Source: Gemmatimonadales bacterium | GTDB lineage: Bacteria; Gemmatimonadota; Gemmatimonadetes; Gemmatimonadales; GWC2-71-9 | DNA: 64,000 nucleotides | NCBI GenBank assembly: GCA_038321865.1 | Contig: JBBQFH010000002.1 | Span: 96,001-160,000 of the forward strand | Reading direction: 5' to 3' | Shown here: positions 8,627 through 18,693 of the stretch, piece after piece | How positions within the stretch are numbered: the stretch's first letter is position 1 | Layout: each line of letters starts with the position of its first letter | The notes under the pieces: generated by a model | Told to the model about the DNA's origin: nothing | The model's database searches: none | Seen by the model: only the letters and a program-made list of their open reading frames with translations | Translations under genes and position numbers: made by a program

Positions 8627-10804
8627 ATGAGCTGGACCATCTTTTCGAGCACAGGCGCAGCTGCGCTGTTCGCGGTGGCGCCACGCGCCGCTGCGCAGCG
8701 CCCGATGTCCCCCGTCGCATTCACCCCGCGCATGGTCATCACACGCTCCACGACCATCATCCCCGGGCGCTATGACGCGCCGGCGGGCGATTCCGGGGCG
8801 ATCGTCGTCCGCGGGCAGGGCATCGTGCTGAATCTCCGCGGGGTGGAGCTGGTGGGAACGGCGGATCGGACCCACCCCGATCGCTTCGCCGGCGTGGCGG
8901 TGCGAGTCGACGGCGGGCGTGACGTCGAAATCCGCGGCGCGCGCATCCGCGGCTACAAGGTCGCGATCCTGGCCCGCGGAGTCCGAGGCCTCACCCTCGT
9001 CGGCAACGACCTCTCGTACAACTGGCGGCCGGAGCTGCTCAGCGGACGCGAGCACGAGTCCCTGGTCGACTGGTTGTCGTATCATCACAACGAGGCCGAC
9101 GAATGGCTTCGCTACGGCGCCGGCATCTACCTCACCGATGTCATCGGCGGCGAGGTGCGCGACAACACGATCCGCCAGGGCATGAACGGCCTCCTGGCGA
9201 CACGCGCCTCCCGCCTCCGTGTGTGGAACAACGAGTTCTCCTTCAATTCCGGGCTGGGCATCGGGCTGTACCGCTCGACGGACAACGTGATTGCCCATAA
9301 CCGCGTCGACTGGAACGTTCGCGGCTATTCCCACGGCTTCTACAATCGCGGCCAGGACTCGGCGGCGCTGCTCATGTTCGAGCAGGCGTCCCGCAACGTC
9401 GTCGCCTTCAATTCGATGACGCACTCCGGTGATGGCCTCTTTCTCTGGGCTGGGCAGCACACGATGGACACCGGCGATGGGGGCTCCAACGACAATCTGT
9501 TCTACGGGAACGATTTTTCCTTCGCGCCGACCAACGGCATGGAGGCGACATTTTCCCGGAACGCGTTCGTGAACAACCGGGTCGAAGGCGGCTGGCATGG
9601 GCTCTGGGGCGGCTATTCCTGGCAGTCGACCGTGCTGGGGAACAGCTTTGCGCGAAACGTCGAGGGGATTGCGATTGAGCATGGTCAGGATATCCGAATT
9701 GCCGGCAACACGTTCACCGGCGACACGACCGCCGTGCATCTCTGGTGGAATCGCGTCGAACCGTCGGACTGGGGGTATCCCAGGCATCACGACACGCGAT
9801 CACGCGGGTACGCGATCGACTCCAATACGGTCACAAATGACCGGGTTGCGCTCAGGGTGATGGAAACGCAGGACCTGCGCGGAACCGGTAACGGTGTCAG
9901 CGGCGCCGACACGGCGGTGGTGGCCGGTGGCGATACGGCCCGCTGGGCCTTCGCCGCCCCGTCGTCGGGTGCCGCGCGGCCGGTCGCCGTCCCGGATTCG
10001 CTCCGCGTCGCGTCAATCCCCGGCGGGCGTGACGTCCTCGCGGCCACCGATATCCGGCGCGGGCGGGAGTCGATCGTCGTCGACCGGTGGGGCCCATACG
10101 ACGGCCAGTGGCCGCTGCTCTGGCCCGCGGGGCGATCGGATAGCGCTCCAGTCCGCCTTCGGGTGCTCGGTCCCCCTGGCCGCTGGGCCGTCGTTGGCCG
10201 GTCGGGCGTTGCGCGCCTCACCGGTGAACGTGGTCGCACGGGCGACACGCTGACGATCACGCCAGCGACGGACCGGGCGAGCCGCTTCTCAATCGAGCTC
10301 GAATATCGGGGAGCGCCGGCGGTCTCCGCCTTCGGCGAGCGGATTCCCCGGGGCCGGCCGATCAGGTTTGGCTGGTCGCGGTTCTGGCCCGGACCGTGGC
10401 GCGTCCGCTTCGTCCCGCTCGACTCCACGATGGCGGTGCCCGTCGACACGGCCGCTGTTCGGGCGATTCTGGCTCATCCGGCGGCGCTGACGCTGGACAC
10501 GGCCCGGGTGGACTACATGTGGTCGCGACCGCCCTCAAGGCTGATACCTGCCGGTCGAATGTTGTCCGAGGCCAGCGCGACCATCACGCTGCCCCCGGGC
10601 CGCTATCGCATCCGGACGATCGCCGACGACGCCATCCGGATCTGGGTCGACGGGCGACTCGTGCTCGACGACTGGACACCGGGCGAGTCGCGGGTCACAT
10701 CGGTCACCCTGCCGCTCGGCGGGGCGCATGCGATCCGGGCCGAGCATCTGCAGGTGGATGGATGGTACGAATTCCGTCTGGATATCGAGCCGGTCGTGCC
10801 CTGA
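8627..10804 (+). CDS. Secreted right-handed parallel beta-helix (NosD/CASH-like) protein with C-terminal PA14-like domain
   Basis: GAGGA SD then ATG 8627 (the ORF-track start overlaps the tRNA). Signal peptide ending AAAQ; Asn-ladder repeats (NNEFSFNSGLGIGLY, GNDFSF); PA14-like RTIADDAIRIWVDGRLVLDDW. Confidence 0.8.
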   Translation: MSWTIFSSTGAAALFAVAPRAAAQRPMSPVAFTPRMVITRSTTIIPGRYDAPAGDSGAIVVRGQGIVLNLRGVELVGTADRTHPDRFAGVAVRVDGGRDVEIRGARIRGYKVAILARGVRGLTLVGNDLSYNWRPELLSGREHESLVDWLSYHHNEADEWLRYGAGIYLTDVIGGEVRDNTIRQGMNGLLATRASRLRVWNNEFSFNSGLGIGLYRSTDNVIAHNRVDWNVRGYSHGFYNRGQDSAALLMFEQASRNVVAFNSMTHSGDGLFLWAGQHTMDTGDGGSNDNLFYGNDFSFAPTNGMEATFSRNAFVNNRVEGGWHGLWGGYSWQSTVLGNSFARNVEGIAIEHGQDIRIAGNTFTGDTTAVHLWWNRVEPSDWGYPRHHDTRSRGYAIDSNTVTNDRVALRVMETQDLRGTGNGVSGADTAVVAGGDTARWAFAAPSSGAARPVAVPDSLRVASIPGGRDVLAATDIRRGRESIVVDRWGPYDGQWPLLWPAGRSDSAPVRLRVLGPPGRWAVVGRSGVARLTGERGRTGDTLTITPATDRASRFSIELEYRGAPAVSAFGERIPRGRPIRFGWSRFWPGPWRVRFVPLDSTMAVPVDTAAVRAILAHPAALTLDTARVDYMWSRPPSRLIPAGRMLSEASATITLPPGRYRIRTIADDAIRIWVDGRLVLDDWTPGESRVTSVTLPLGGAHAIRAEHLQVDGWYEFRLDIEPVVP

Positions 10805-10874
10805 GTACCAGCGCGGTTCGGCGCAAGCGTCCCTTGCGTCGCCTGTCCGCCCGGGCGATTTTCCGCGCACTCAG

Positions 10875-10964
<90 letters not shown>

Positions 10965-10972
10965 CTCTCGCG

Positions 10973-10998
10973 AGGGTCTACCGATCACGGTAGACCCT
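10973..10998 (+). terminator. Hairpin after tRNA-Ser(GCU)
   Basis: AGGGTCTACCG-ATCA-CGGTAGACCCT, 11-bp stem. Confidence 0.55.
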
Positions 10999-11027
10999 TC
11001 GCGCTTTGATCCCGAACCGTGTACTTC

Positions 11028-12449
11028 ATGACCGCTCCGCGCGTCCGCTTTGCCCCGTCACCCACCGGGTACCTCCACGTCGGAGGTGCCCGCACTGCGC
11101 TGTTTAACTGGCTTCTCGCCCGGAAGACGGGAGGCACGTTCATTCTCCGGATCGAGGACACCGATCGCGAGCGGAGCACCGAGGCGCATACGCAGGTGAT
11201 TCTGGACGGGCTTCGCTGGCTGGGGATCACCTGGGACGAAGGCCCCTTGTTTCAGGGTGCGTTCGGCGACCGGCACCGGGCCGATGCCGAGCGATTGGTG
11301 CTGGAGCGAACAGGATACCGCTGCTTCTGCACCCGCGAGGAGCTGGACGCCCAGCGCGCCGTGGCCGAGCGTGGCGGCGGCCGTTTTCGCTACAACGGCC
11401 GCTGCCGGGCGCTCACGCCGGATGATATCCGGAGCCGGCTCGATGCCGGCCAGCCCTTCACCATCCGCGTGCGCATGCCCGACGGCGAGATCGCCTGGGA
11501 CGATGCGGTCCATGGGCGCATCAGCTTCCAGGGCCACGATCTCGACGACTTCGTCGTGCTCAGAAGCGACGGCACCGCGATCTACAACCTCGCGGTCGTG
11601 TCGGACGACATCGAGATGCGCATCACCCACGTGATCCGCGGCGACGATCACGTCTCCAACACGCCCAAGCAGATCGTGCTGTACCGCGCCCTCGGCCACG
11701 AGCCACCGATCTTCGCCCACGTGCCGATGATTCTCGGCGCCGACGGCAAAAAGCTGAGCAAACGCCACGGCGCAACTGCCGTGGGCGACTACCAGAACCT
11801 CGGCATCTTCCCCGCCGCGATGCGCAATTTCCTCGCGCTGCTCGGCTGGTCGCCGGGCGGAGACCGGGAGATCATGCCCGAGGCGGAGCTGATCGCGTTG
11901 TTCTCCCTCGACGGGATTCAAAGCAAGCCGGCGGTGTTCGACACCGTGAAGCTCGAATGGATGAATGGCCAGTACCTCTCCGCCACCCCGGCGGAGGAGC
12001 TGCTCCCGGCCGTCGAGACGCAGCTGGGGGTGCTGGGCGTGAGCGCTGCCGGCAGGAGCCTGCTTCCGGTTATCGATGCCGTGAAAGCGCGTTCCCGGAC
12101 GATCGTCCAGCTGGCGGAGCAGGTCGCCGTGCGGGTCCACGGCCCGCGTGGCACGCCGGACGACAAGGGCGCGGCACTCATGCGGAAGATGGGACCCGCC
12201 TTCCAGGCCAATCTGCAGCTCGCGGCGAACGAGCTCGCCGCCATGCCGCCGGCCGAGTGGACGCCCGATCGCCTGCTGGAGCGGCTCAAGGCGGTCGCCG
12301 ACGGCCACGGCCTCAAGCTGGGTGACGCGCTTCAGCCGATCCGTGTGGCTCTCACCGGCTCGACCGTCTCCGAGCCGGTGAACGAGCTGCTGGCCATCGT
12401 AGGCCCGATCGCGAGCGTGGACCGCATGCGCGCCGCTGCCGTCGCCTGA
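11028..12449 (+). CDS. gltX: Glutamate--tRNA ligase
   Basis: RVRFAPSPTGYLHVGGAR, LRIEDTD, THVIRGDDH, KKLSKRHG, and a C-terminal anticodon-binding domain. Confidence 0.96.
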   Translation: MTAPRVRFAPSPTGYLHVGGARTALFNWLLARKTGGTFILRIEDTDRERSTEAHTQVILDGLRWLGITWDEGPLFQGAFGDRHRADAERLVLERTGYRCFCTREELDAQRAVAERGGGRFRYNGRCRALTPDDIRSRLDAGQPFTIRVRMPDGEIAWDDAVHGRISFQGHDLDDFVVLRSDGTAIYNLAVVSDDIEMRITHVIRGDDHVSNTPKQIVLYRALGHEPPIFAHVPMILGADGKKLSKRHGATAVGDYQNLGIFPAAMRNFLALLGWSPGGDREIMPEAELIALFSLDGIQSKPAVFDTVKLEWMNGQYLSATPAEELLPAVETQLGVLGVSAAGRSLLPVIDAVKARSRTIVQLAEQVAVRVHGPRGTPDDKGAALMRKMGPAFQANLQLAANELAAMPPAEWTPDRLLERLKAVADGHGLKLGDALQPIRVALTGSTVSEPVNELLAIVGPIASVDRMRAAAVA

Positions 12450-12475
12450 TCCGTTTCCCCCTATCGACGCCCCCT

Positions 12476-13078
12476 ATGGCCAACGACATGCCCGACGACC
12501 GCCCCCCGACACCGGCCGGCGAGGAGCCGACGCCAGTGGCACTGGCCGTCACCGATGCGCCGGTCGAGCTGCGGGTTGCGCTCGTCGAGGATGATCGTAC
12601 GCCCGATGGAATGGTCTGCATGGGCACCTACTGCGGCGAACGTCTCGTGGCGCGCTGTGTGATGCCGCCCGAAGCGTGGGCGCAGGTCGAGGAATTCGGG
12701 CTGTTCGAACAGCCGGTGAAGGTGGTACTGGTCGCCCGCGAAGCGGCGCCGGGGCTTCAGTGCCAGCTCTACGCGATGGTGCCGGTGCCGGAGGCGGAGG
12801 AGGAGGTTCCGGAAGAGCCATGGGCGTCGAGTGTACCCGGCGCCGGTTACGACGCTGCCGTCGCCGATGATGACGAGGAGGAGGAGGCGGAGGACGAGGA
12901 GGAGGGGCCGCCGGAGGACGTCACGCCGCTCCCGCTGGGCAACATCGTGCGATTCGCGCGGGATCGTGCGCATCCGGACAGTCTGCCGCACGAGGCGGCG
13001 GATATTCTGATGAAGGTGATCGAGGGAAAGACGTCGGAAGTGGTGGACCGGGCGCTGGCGGACCTGCTGGGGCTCTAG
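12476..13078 (+). CDS. Hypothetical acidic protein
   Basis: 200-aa ORF with coding-like codon usage and a D/E-rich tract. Confidence 0.7.
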   Translation: MANDMPDDRPPTPAGEEPTPVALAVTDAPVELRVALVEDDRTPDGMVCMGTYCGERLVARCVMPPEAWAQVEEFGLFEQPVKVVLVAREAAPGLQCQLYAMVPVPEAEEEVPEEPWASSVPGAGYDAAVADDDEEEEAEDEEEGPPEDVTPLPLGNIVRFARDRAHPDSLPHEAADILMKVIEGKTSEVVDRALADLLGL

Positions 13079-13085
13079 CGGTGCG

Positions 13086-13520
13086 CTACACCATCACCTC
13101 CATGCGGAATCGCCAGATGCGCCGCAGGAGATCGTCCAGATAGCCGTGCACCACGAACGCATCGACGGCGGCCGCGGTCGATGCCGCGTCGGTCCCCCAC
13201 AGGTTCACCCGTTTCACGTCCCCGTCCAGATCGGCCTGCACGAAGACCCGCTCATTCTCGCTGAATATCGTCGCCAGCTCACCCACGTACGCCTGCGTCA
13301 GCGCATTGGCCCCAGGGCCGCCGATGGCAATCGTCGGATTGTGCTGCAGCACGCCGTTGTCGAGGTACCAGTCGTCCACGACCGTCACCCCGCGACGATA
13401 CGCGTGCCCCTCGCCTCGGCGGTCGATCTCCTGCTTGAGCCAGGCGGCCAGCGCCAGGTCGCGGTCGGCCGCTGCGCCCGTGACCAGCACGATCGTCTCA
13501 TCCGTGTCGACCAGCTTCAC
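13086..13520 (-). CDS. Hypothetical alpha/beta protein with GGPxxN motif
   Basis: GTG start overlapping the upstream stop; SD AAGGAGGAG; NPTIAIGGPGANALT and WGTDAASTAAAV. Confidence 0.7.
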   Translation of the reverse strand: MKLVDTDETIVLVTGAAADRDLALAAWLKQEIDRRGEGHAYRRGVTVVDDWYLDNGVLQHNPTIAIGGPGANALTQAYVGELATIFSENERVFVQADLDGDVKRVNLWGTDAASTAAAVDAFVVHGYLDDLLRRIWRFRMEVMV

Positions 13521-14410
13521 TGCTCCTCCTTCGGCGGGGTGCGCTGATTGCGCTCGAATTCCCGCTCCTGCTCCTTCCGGACGCGGATCTCGCGAATCTC
13601 TCGCTTGAAGTCTTCAACGTTCGCCGACCGCTGTGCGGCGAACCGCAAGTCCTCATACAGCCAGCCCGACCGATCGAACGCCTTTGATTCGTTGCCACCG
13701 GTCGGCAGGTGCAGCAGGCCGAGAACGGCCGCCGGAATTTTCAGCCCCGCAATGTAGATGTTCCGCGAGTCCAGCCCAAACTTCTTACCCGCAATCGTCG
13801 TCGTCCAGCTCGGCATCACGACGGCCCTCGATGCCGGATCGGCGGCGATGCTGTCGAGGAACGCCTGGATGATGCTGGTGACCGCACTGTCCGCCAGCTG
13901 CGCGTGGGTACGCTGCAGCCGCTCCGCCAGCTCGCGCGGCGGCAGCGGCAGTGGCGCAACCCAAAGCTTCCCGCGCGCCAGCCCAGGCCCGATGCGGCGC
14001 GGGCCCGCGTCGGGGCTCGCTGTATCGCCGCGCGCGGCGGGGGCCGGTGCTGCGGTCACGATCGGGCTCGGCAGTGCTGGCGGAGGCGGCGCGGGCGGGA
14101 CGGCGTGCGCGACCGCGACCGGCGCGTTCGACGCAGTAGCGCGCGAGGGGGCGGACATCCGGCCCCCTGGCGCCGCGCTCCGAAGTTGAGTGGTGCCCTG
14201 GGGGATGTCGCCGCCGGATGGAAGAGAGACCAGGATGACCGGCGCGGCCGGGGGAGCGATGTTTTGCGGAATCCACCCGCTGAACACCACGACCCGGAGC
14301 AGCACGAGGTGGATGAGTACGCTGGCCGCGACCGCGAGCCGCGGCCAGCGCGGAGTCGGCGGAACGCCAAGCTCAAAGCGTACCGGCAAGCGCTCCCCGC
14401 TGCGTGGCAT
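13517..14410 (-). CDS. Hypothetical membrane-anchored protein with Pro/Ala-rich linker
   Basis: Single TM (LAVAASVLIHLVLL, TonB-anchor-like SxxxH), Pro-rich spacer, globular C-terminus. Confidence 0.65.
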   Translation of the reverse strand: MPRSGERLPVRFELGVPPTPRWPRLAVAASVLIHLVLLRVVVFSGWIPQNIAPPAAPVILVSLPSGGDIPQGTTQLRSAAPGGRMSAPSRATASNAPVAVAHAVPPAPPPPALPSPIVTAAPAPAARGDTASPDAGPRRIGPGLARGKLWVAPLPLPPRELAERLQRTHAQLADSAVTSIIQAFLDSIAADPASRAVVMPSWTTTIAGKKFGLDSRNIYIAGLKIPAAVLGLLHLPTGGNESKAFDRSGWLYEDLRFAAQRSANVEDFKREIREIRVRKEQEREFERNQRTPPKEEQ

Positions 14411-15569
14411 CGAGGACAGTGCCGATTCGTCGTACCGCTTCCGCGATTCGCTCCGGCCCGACCGTCAGGGCGATGCGGAAGAACCCTTCGCCCGCGGGAC
14501 CGAAGCCGCTGCCAGCCATGACGAGGGCACCGGTCTCCTCGAGGACCCGCCTGGCGAACGGACCCGACGCGACGCCGGGTGGAAGTGCCACCCAGAGATA
14601 CATCGCCGCCTTGGGCGACTCGAGCGTGAATCCAGCGGCCCGAAGCGCCGCTACACCGGCATCGCGCCGCCGCTCGAGCTCGGCGCGGATCGGCTCGACG
14701 ATCGCCTCGGAGTGGTCGAGCGCCGCCACGGCGGCCTGCTGAATGGCCAGGAAGGGACCGGTGTCGACGTAGGATTTCACCCGCGTGAGGGCGCCGATCA
14801 GGTCCGGCCTCCCCACCGCGAACCCGATCCGCCAGCCCGTCATCGAATAGCTCTTCGACAGCGAGAAGAACTCGATCGCGACGTCACGCGCGCCTTCGAT
14901 TTCGAAAATGCTGGGCGCGCGATATCCGTCAAAGGTCAGCTCGCAGTAGGCGTTGTCGTACGCCAGCAGAATGTCATGCTGGCGGCAGAGCGCGACGGTC
15001 CGCTCGAGGTATTCGCGACTCGCCACCGCGGCCGTGGGATTGTTCGGGTAGTTTACGAATACGATGCGCGCTCGGCGCAGAATCTCGGGCGACAGCGACG
15101 CCAGCTCGAGCAGAAAGCCGTTCTCCGGCCGTAACGGCACGATGTGCGGCTCGGCGCCGGCCAGGAGCGCACCACCCAGATACGCCTGATAGCCGGGCTC
15201 GGGCACGATGGCGACGTCACCCGGATTGATCACGGCGACCGGCAGGTGACTCAAGCCCTCCTTGGAGCCGATGAGCGGCAGCGTTTCCGTCACCGGGTCG
15301 AACCGAAGTCCGAATCGGCGCTCCACCCAGCGCGATGCCGCCTGCCGGAACGGAAGCAGCCCCTGCTGAAAGCCGTACTTGCTGAGTGAGGGGTCGGCGA
15401 GCGCGGCGTTCATCGCCTGTACGACGATCGCCGGCGGAGGGGTGTCGTTGTCACCCGCACCCAGATCAATCACGTCCATCCCGGACTCGATCAGCCTTCG
15501 CTTGATCGTCGGGATTTCGGCCAGGGGGTAGCCGGGCAGAGCCAGCAACCGGTCACTGAATGTGATCAT
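14373..15569 (-). CDS. PLP-dependent class I/II aminotransferase (LL-diaminopimelate aminotransferase-like)
   Basis: GSKEGL, VNYPNNPT, YDNAY, FFSLSKSYSMTGWRIGF. Confidence 0.88.
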   Translation of the reverse strand: MITFSDRLLALPGYPLAEIPTIKRRLIESGMDVIDLGAGDNDTPPPAIVVQAMNAALADPSLSKYGFQQGLLPFRQAASRWVERRFGLRFDPVTETLPLIGSKEGLSHLPVAVINPGDVAIVPEPGYQAYLGGALLAGAEPHIVPLRPENGFLLELASLSPEILRRARIVFVNYPNNPTAAVASREYLERTVALCRQHDILLAYDNAYCELTFDGYRAPSIFEIEGARDVAIEFFSLSKSYSMTGWRIGFAVGRPDLIGALTRVKSYVDTGPFLAIQQAAVAALDHSEAIVEPIRAELERRRDAGVAALRAAGFTLESPKAAMYLWVALPPGVASGPFARRVLEETGALVMAGSGFGPAGEGFFRIALTVGPERIAEAVRRIGTVLDATQRGALAGTL

Positions 15570-16192
15570 CGTGGCCCTGCAGCTCGGACGGGATTGGACA
15601 GCCGGCCGACTTCGGGAATCTCGACTTCGACGATGTCGCCTGGCGCGAGGCGACCCACGCCGGCCGGCGTGCCGGTGAGAATCAGGTCCCCGGGCTCGAG
15701 GGTCATTACCCCGCTGATGTACGCTACCAGTTCGGGAATCGAAAAATGCATATCAGTGGCGGGCGCGCGCTGGCGCTCGACGCCGTTCACACGGGTAATC
15801 ACACTCAGCGCGCGCCAGTCGAGGCCTTCCACCACTCGCGGCCCGACGGGACAGAATGTATCGAACCCCTTGGCGCGCCCCCATTGCCCGTCCGGCTTCT
15901 GGAGATCGCGCGCGGTAACGTCGTTTGCACAGACGAATCCGCGGATGCCGGCCTCGCCCGACGCCGCGTCGGCATGCCGGAGCCTCGCGCCGATCACGAC
16001 GCCGATCTCGCCCTCGTACTCGACCTGGCCCGAAGCGGACGGGAGCTCGATCGGATCACCGCTCGCGAGCAGCGCGCTGGGTGGCTTGAAGAACAGCATG
16101 GGCCGTTCAGGCAGCTCGTTCCCGAGCTCCTTGGCGTGCGCCACGTAGTTGCGGCCGACACAGACGATCTTCGATGGTGCAACCGGGATCAT
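15566..16192 (-). CDS. Fumarylacetoacetate hydrolase family protein
   Basis: KIVCVGRNY, FFKPPSA, EYEGEIGVVIG, NDVTARDLQ, LEPGDLILTGTP. Confidence 0.93.
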   Translation of the reverse strand: MIPVAPSKIVCVGRNYVAHAKELGNELPERPMLFFKPPSALLASGDPIELPSASGQVEYEGEIGVVIGARLRHADAASGEAGIRGFVCANDVTARDLQKPDGQWGRAKGFDTFCPVGPRVVEGLDWRALSVITRVNGVERQRAPATDMHFSIPELVAYISGVMTLEPGDLILTGTPAGVGRLAPGDIVEVEIPEVGRLSNPVRAAGPR

Positions 16193-18693
16193 ACGCTTGC
16201 TCCGATGCCATAACGGGCGAAGAAGTCTTCACACTTGATGCGGACCTGCGCCCACGGCGCCACGATCCGCTCCGCCCGGGGAAGGCCGCTCAGCACCAGC
16301 GGGCCGTAGCGTTTGGTGATGACCCGGCTGTCCAGCAGCACCACCACTCCAGCGTCCTGCCGGCTCCGGATGAGGCGGCCGAAGCCCTGCTTGAGCTTGA
16401 GCGCGGCATGCGGGAGGAGATACCCCATGAAACCATCCTCTCCCTGCTCCGCCAGGCGTTCCAGCCGCGCCGCGGTGAGCGGCTCGGAAGGAACCTTGAA
16501 AGGTAGCTTGTTGAGCACCAGCGTTCGCAACGCACGTCCGGGCACGTCGACGCCTTCCCAGAATGAATCGGTGCCCAGCAGGATTGCGTTGCCCAGCTCC
16601 CGAAAGCGGCGCAGCAGCACATCACGCGGCGCGTCTCCCTGCACCAGGAGCGGCCAGCGCGAGCCGAGCGACTGCCGCAGCCAGCTCGCCGCCTTCTGCA
16701 GCGCCGCGTGACTGGTGAACAGCACGAACATCCCGCCGTCCGACGCATACGCCAGATCGCTCACGATCTGGGCCACCGCAGCAGCGTGACCTGCCTCGTC
16801 CTCCCGCGGCTCCGGTACGTCCGTGGGAATGCCGAACAGACATTGGGACGGGTAGTCGAACGGCGAGGGGAAGACCTCTCGCACCGTTACCGGTGAGCCC
16901 TCGCCGCCGAGGCCGACCCGAGACTCGAGGAAGCCAAAGTCACCGCCCGCGGCGAGCGTGGCGCTGGTCAGGATCGTGGTCTTGAGTCGGTCGAAAATCA
17001 GCTCGCGAAGGACCGGCGCGAGATCCAGCGGAACAGCGGAAAGCGATACGTCCTGGGACCGGCGTCCCGCGCGCTCCATCCAGCGCACCGTGGGCGGCCC
17101 GCCAGACGCCGGCCTCAGCGTCCGGTTGAGCGCATCGGCCACACCGTCCAGCCGCCGCATGACTCCGCGCAGCTCCTGCAGGAGGGGACCCCGCTTCTCG
17201 CTGTCCTCCGCCTGCCCCAGCCGGTCGGCGATCGTCTCGATCAGCTCCTTCAGGGCGCGGAAGGCGACCAGCGCCGCGTCGAGCTCTGCGCCGAGCCCGA
17301 GCGGCCAAACCTCGTGCGTGGCGAACGAGTCGTCCAGCCGGAGCTGTCCGCCTGCCTGTTCGGCCAGCAAAGAATGCAGCCGGACAAACAGCTGCTCGGT
17401 GCCCCGGCGTGCCGCCGCTACCGCCGGAAGCAACCGCTCACGAAGCAGGTCCAGGCTGGCCCGGCTCATGAGGTCCGCCCGAGCCGACAGCTCGTACGCC
17501 AGCGTGGGGGCCAGGCCGCGGCCGTTCCGCTCGAAGCGACCGAGGAGGCGCCGCACCGACCGGCTCGACACCTGCACGCCAAGGTGGCTGGCCGCGACGT
17601 CCTCGAGGTGATGGGCCTCGTCCAGCACCAGCCGCGAATACGGGGGAAGCACGGCGGCTTCAGTCCAGTTGTCCTGTTCCTTCCGCACGGCAAGGTCGGC
17701 GGCGAGCAGGTGGTGGTTGACCACCACGATATCCGCTTCCGCCGCACGCCGGCGGGCCCTGAACAGGAAGCAGCGATCGAAATGCGGGCACTTCATGCGG
17801 GTGCAGAGATCGGGTTCGGCACTGACCTCGTCCCACACTTCGGCCGTCGGCTGCACCGCAAGATCGCTTAGCGTCCCGTCAGGCGTATGTCCGGCCCACT
17901 CCGCGATTCCGTACAGCTCTTCCAGCTTCTCCTGCTCGAGCAGCGTGCGCTGCGCCGAGACGGCCTGATGCATGCGGGCGAGGCAGAGATAGTTCCGCCA
18001 TCCCTTGAGGAGCGCGAACGTGGGCGTGTAGTCCTCGTCCCCCAGCGCCTTGCGGAGCAGTGGCAGGTCCTTGCCGACCAGCTGCTCCTGCAGGTTGATG
18101 GTATTCGTGCTCACCACGGTACGCTCGCCGTTCATTCGCGCCCATGCCAGCGCGGGCACCAGGTATGCGAACGACTTGCCGACGCCGGTCCCCGCCTCCA
18201 GCAGCAGTGTGCCCCCATCGTTGTAACCGTCCACGATGTACGCCGCCATGTCGCGCTGGCTCTGGCGATCCTCATACTGGCCCATCAGGCGCGCGATGGG
18301 TCCCTGCTCTCCGAGGAGGTCGACGACGTCGAACGGGTCCACGCGCAGTACCGCGCGATCGTGCGGCACCTCGACCACTACGTACAGCTCCGTCGCGTCG
18401 TTGTTCAAAATCCCGAAGCCGACGCCGCCATCGTGCAGCCGGGCGGCGACCGACAGGTCCTCCCCGGAAGGATCGAGGCGCCCGCCGGGATGGTTGTGCA
18501 GGACCATCTCCCCGCGCTGGGCGGCGCCGGGGAGGGCAAGCACCATCTCCACGGTGCCGCGCGCTACGGCACGAGCCTCGGTCACGACGCCGTCGCGATC
18601 CACCTGCGCCACGAACGACACCTCGCGCCCGCCCGCCGCCGAAATCTCGGCGGCGAGGTAGGCGCGGACGCCGGGGGCAATCCGCTCACTCAA
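16189..18693 (-). CDS. DinG/YoaA-family Fe-S helicase with N-terminal JAB/MPN (RadC-like) domain
   Basis: N-terminal REVSF...HNHPGGRLDPSGEDL; Walker A EAGTGVGKS; Fe-S Cys in NYLC and CTRMKCPHFDRC; LDEAHH; SATL; FWEGVDVPG; QGFGRLIR. Confidence 0.9.
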   Translation of the reverse strand: MSERIAPGVRAYLAAEISAAGGREVSFVAQVDRDGVVTEARAVARGTVEMVLALPGAAQRGEMVLHNHPGGRLDPSGEDLSVAARLHDGGVGFGILNNDATELYVVVEVPHDRAVLRVDPFDVVDLLGEQGPIARLMGQYEDRQSQRDMAAYIVDGYNDGGTLLLEAGTGVGKSFAYLVPALAWARMNGERTVVSTNTINLQEQLVGKDLPLLRKALGDEDYTPTFALLKGWRNYLCLARMHQAVSAQRTLLEQEKLEELYGIAEWAGHTPDGTLSDLAVQPTAEVWDEVSAEPDLCTRMKCPHFDRCFLFRARRRAAEADIVVVNHHLLAADLAVRKEQDNWTEAAVLPPYSRLVLDEAHHLEDVAASHLGVQVSSRSVRRLLGRFERNGRGLAPTLAYELSARADLMSRASLDLLRERLLPAVAAARRGTEQLFVRLHSLLAEQAGGQLRLDDSFATHEVWPLGLGAELDAALVAFRALKELIETIADRLGQAEDSEKRGPLLQELRGVMRRLDGVADALNRTLRPASGGPPTVRWMERAGRRSQDVSLSAVPLDLAPVLRELIFDRLKTTILTSATLAAGGDFGFLESRVGLGGEGSPVTVREVFPSPFDYPSQCLFGIPTDVPEPREDEAGHAAAVAQIVSDLAYASDGGMFVLFTSHAALQKAASWLRQSLGSRWPLLVQGDAPRDVLLRRFRELGNAILLGTDSFWEGVDVPGRALRTLVLNKLPFKVPSEPLTAARLERLAEQGEDGFMGYLLPHAALKLKQGFGRLIRSRQDAGVVVLLDSRVITKRYGPLVLSGLPRAERIVAPWAQVRIKCEDFFARYGIGASV

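Noticed and set aside
12868..12907. GAG-rich repeat tract
   Set aside because: It simply encodes the poly-Asp/Glu segment of the acidic protein.
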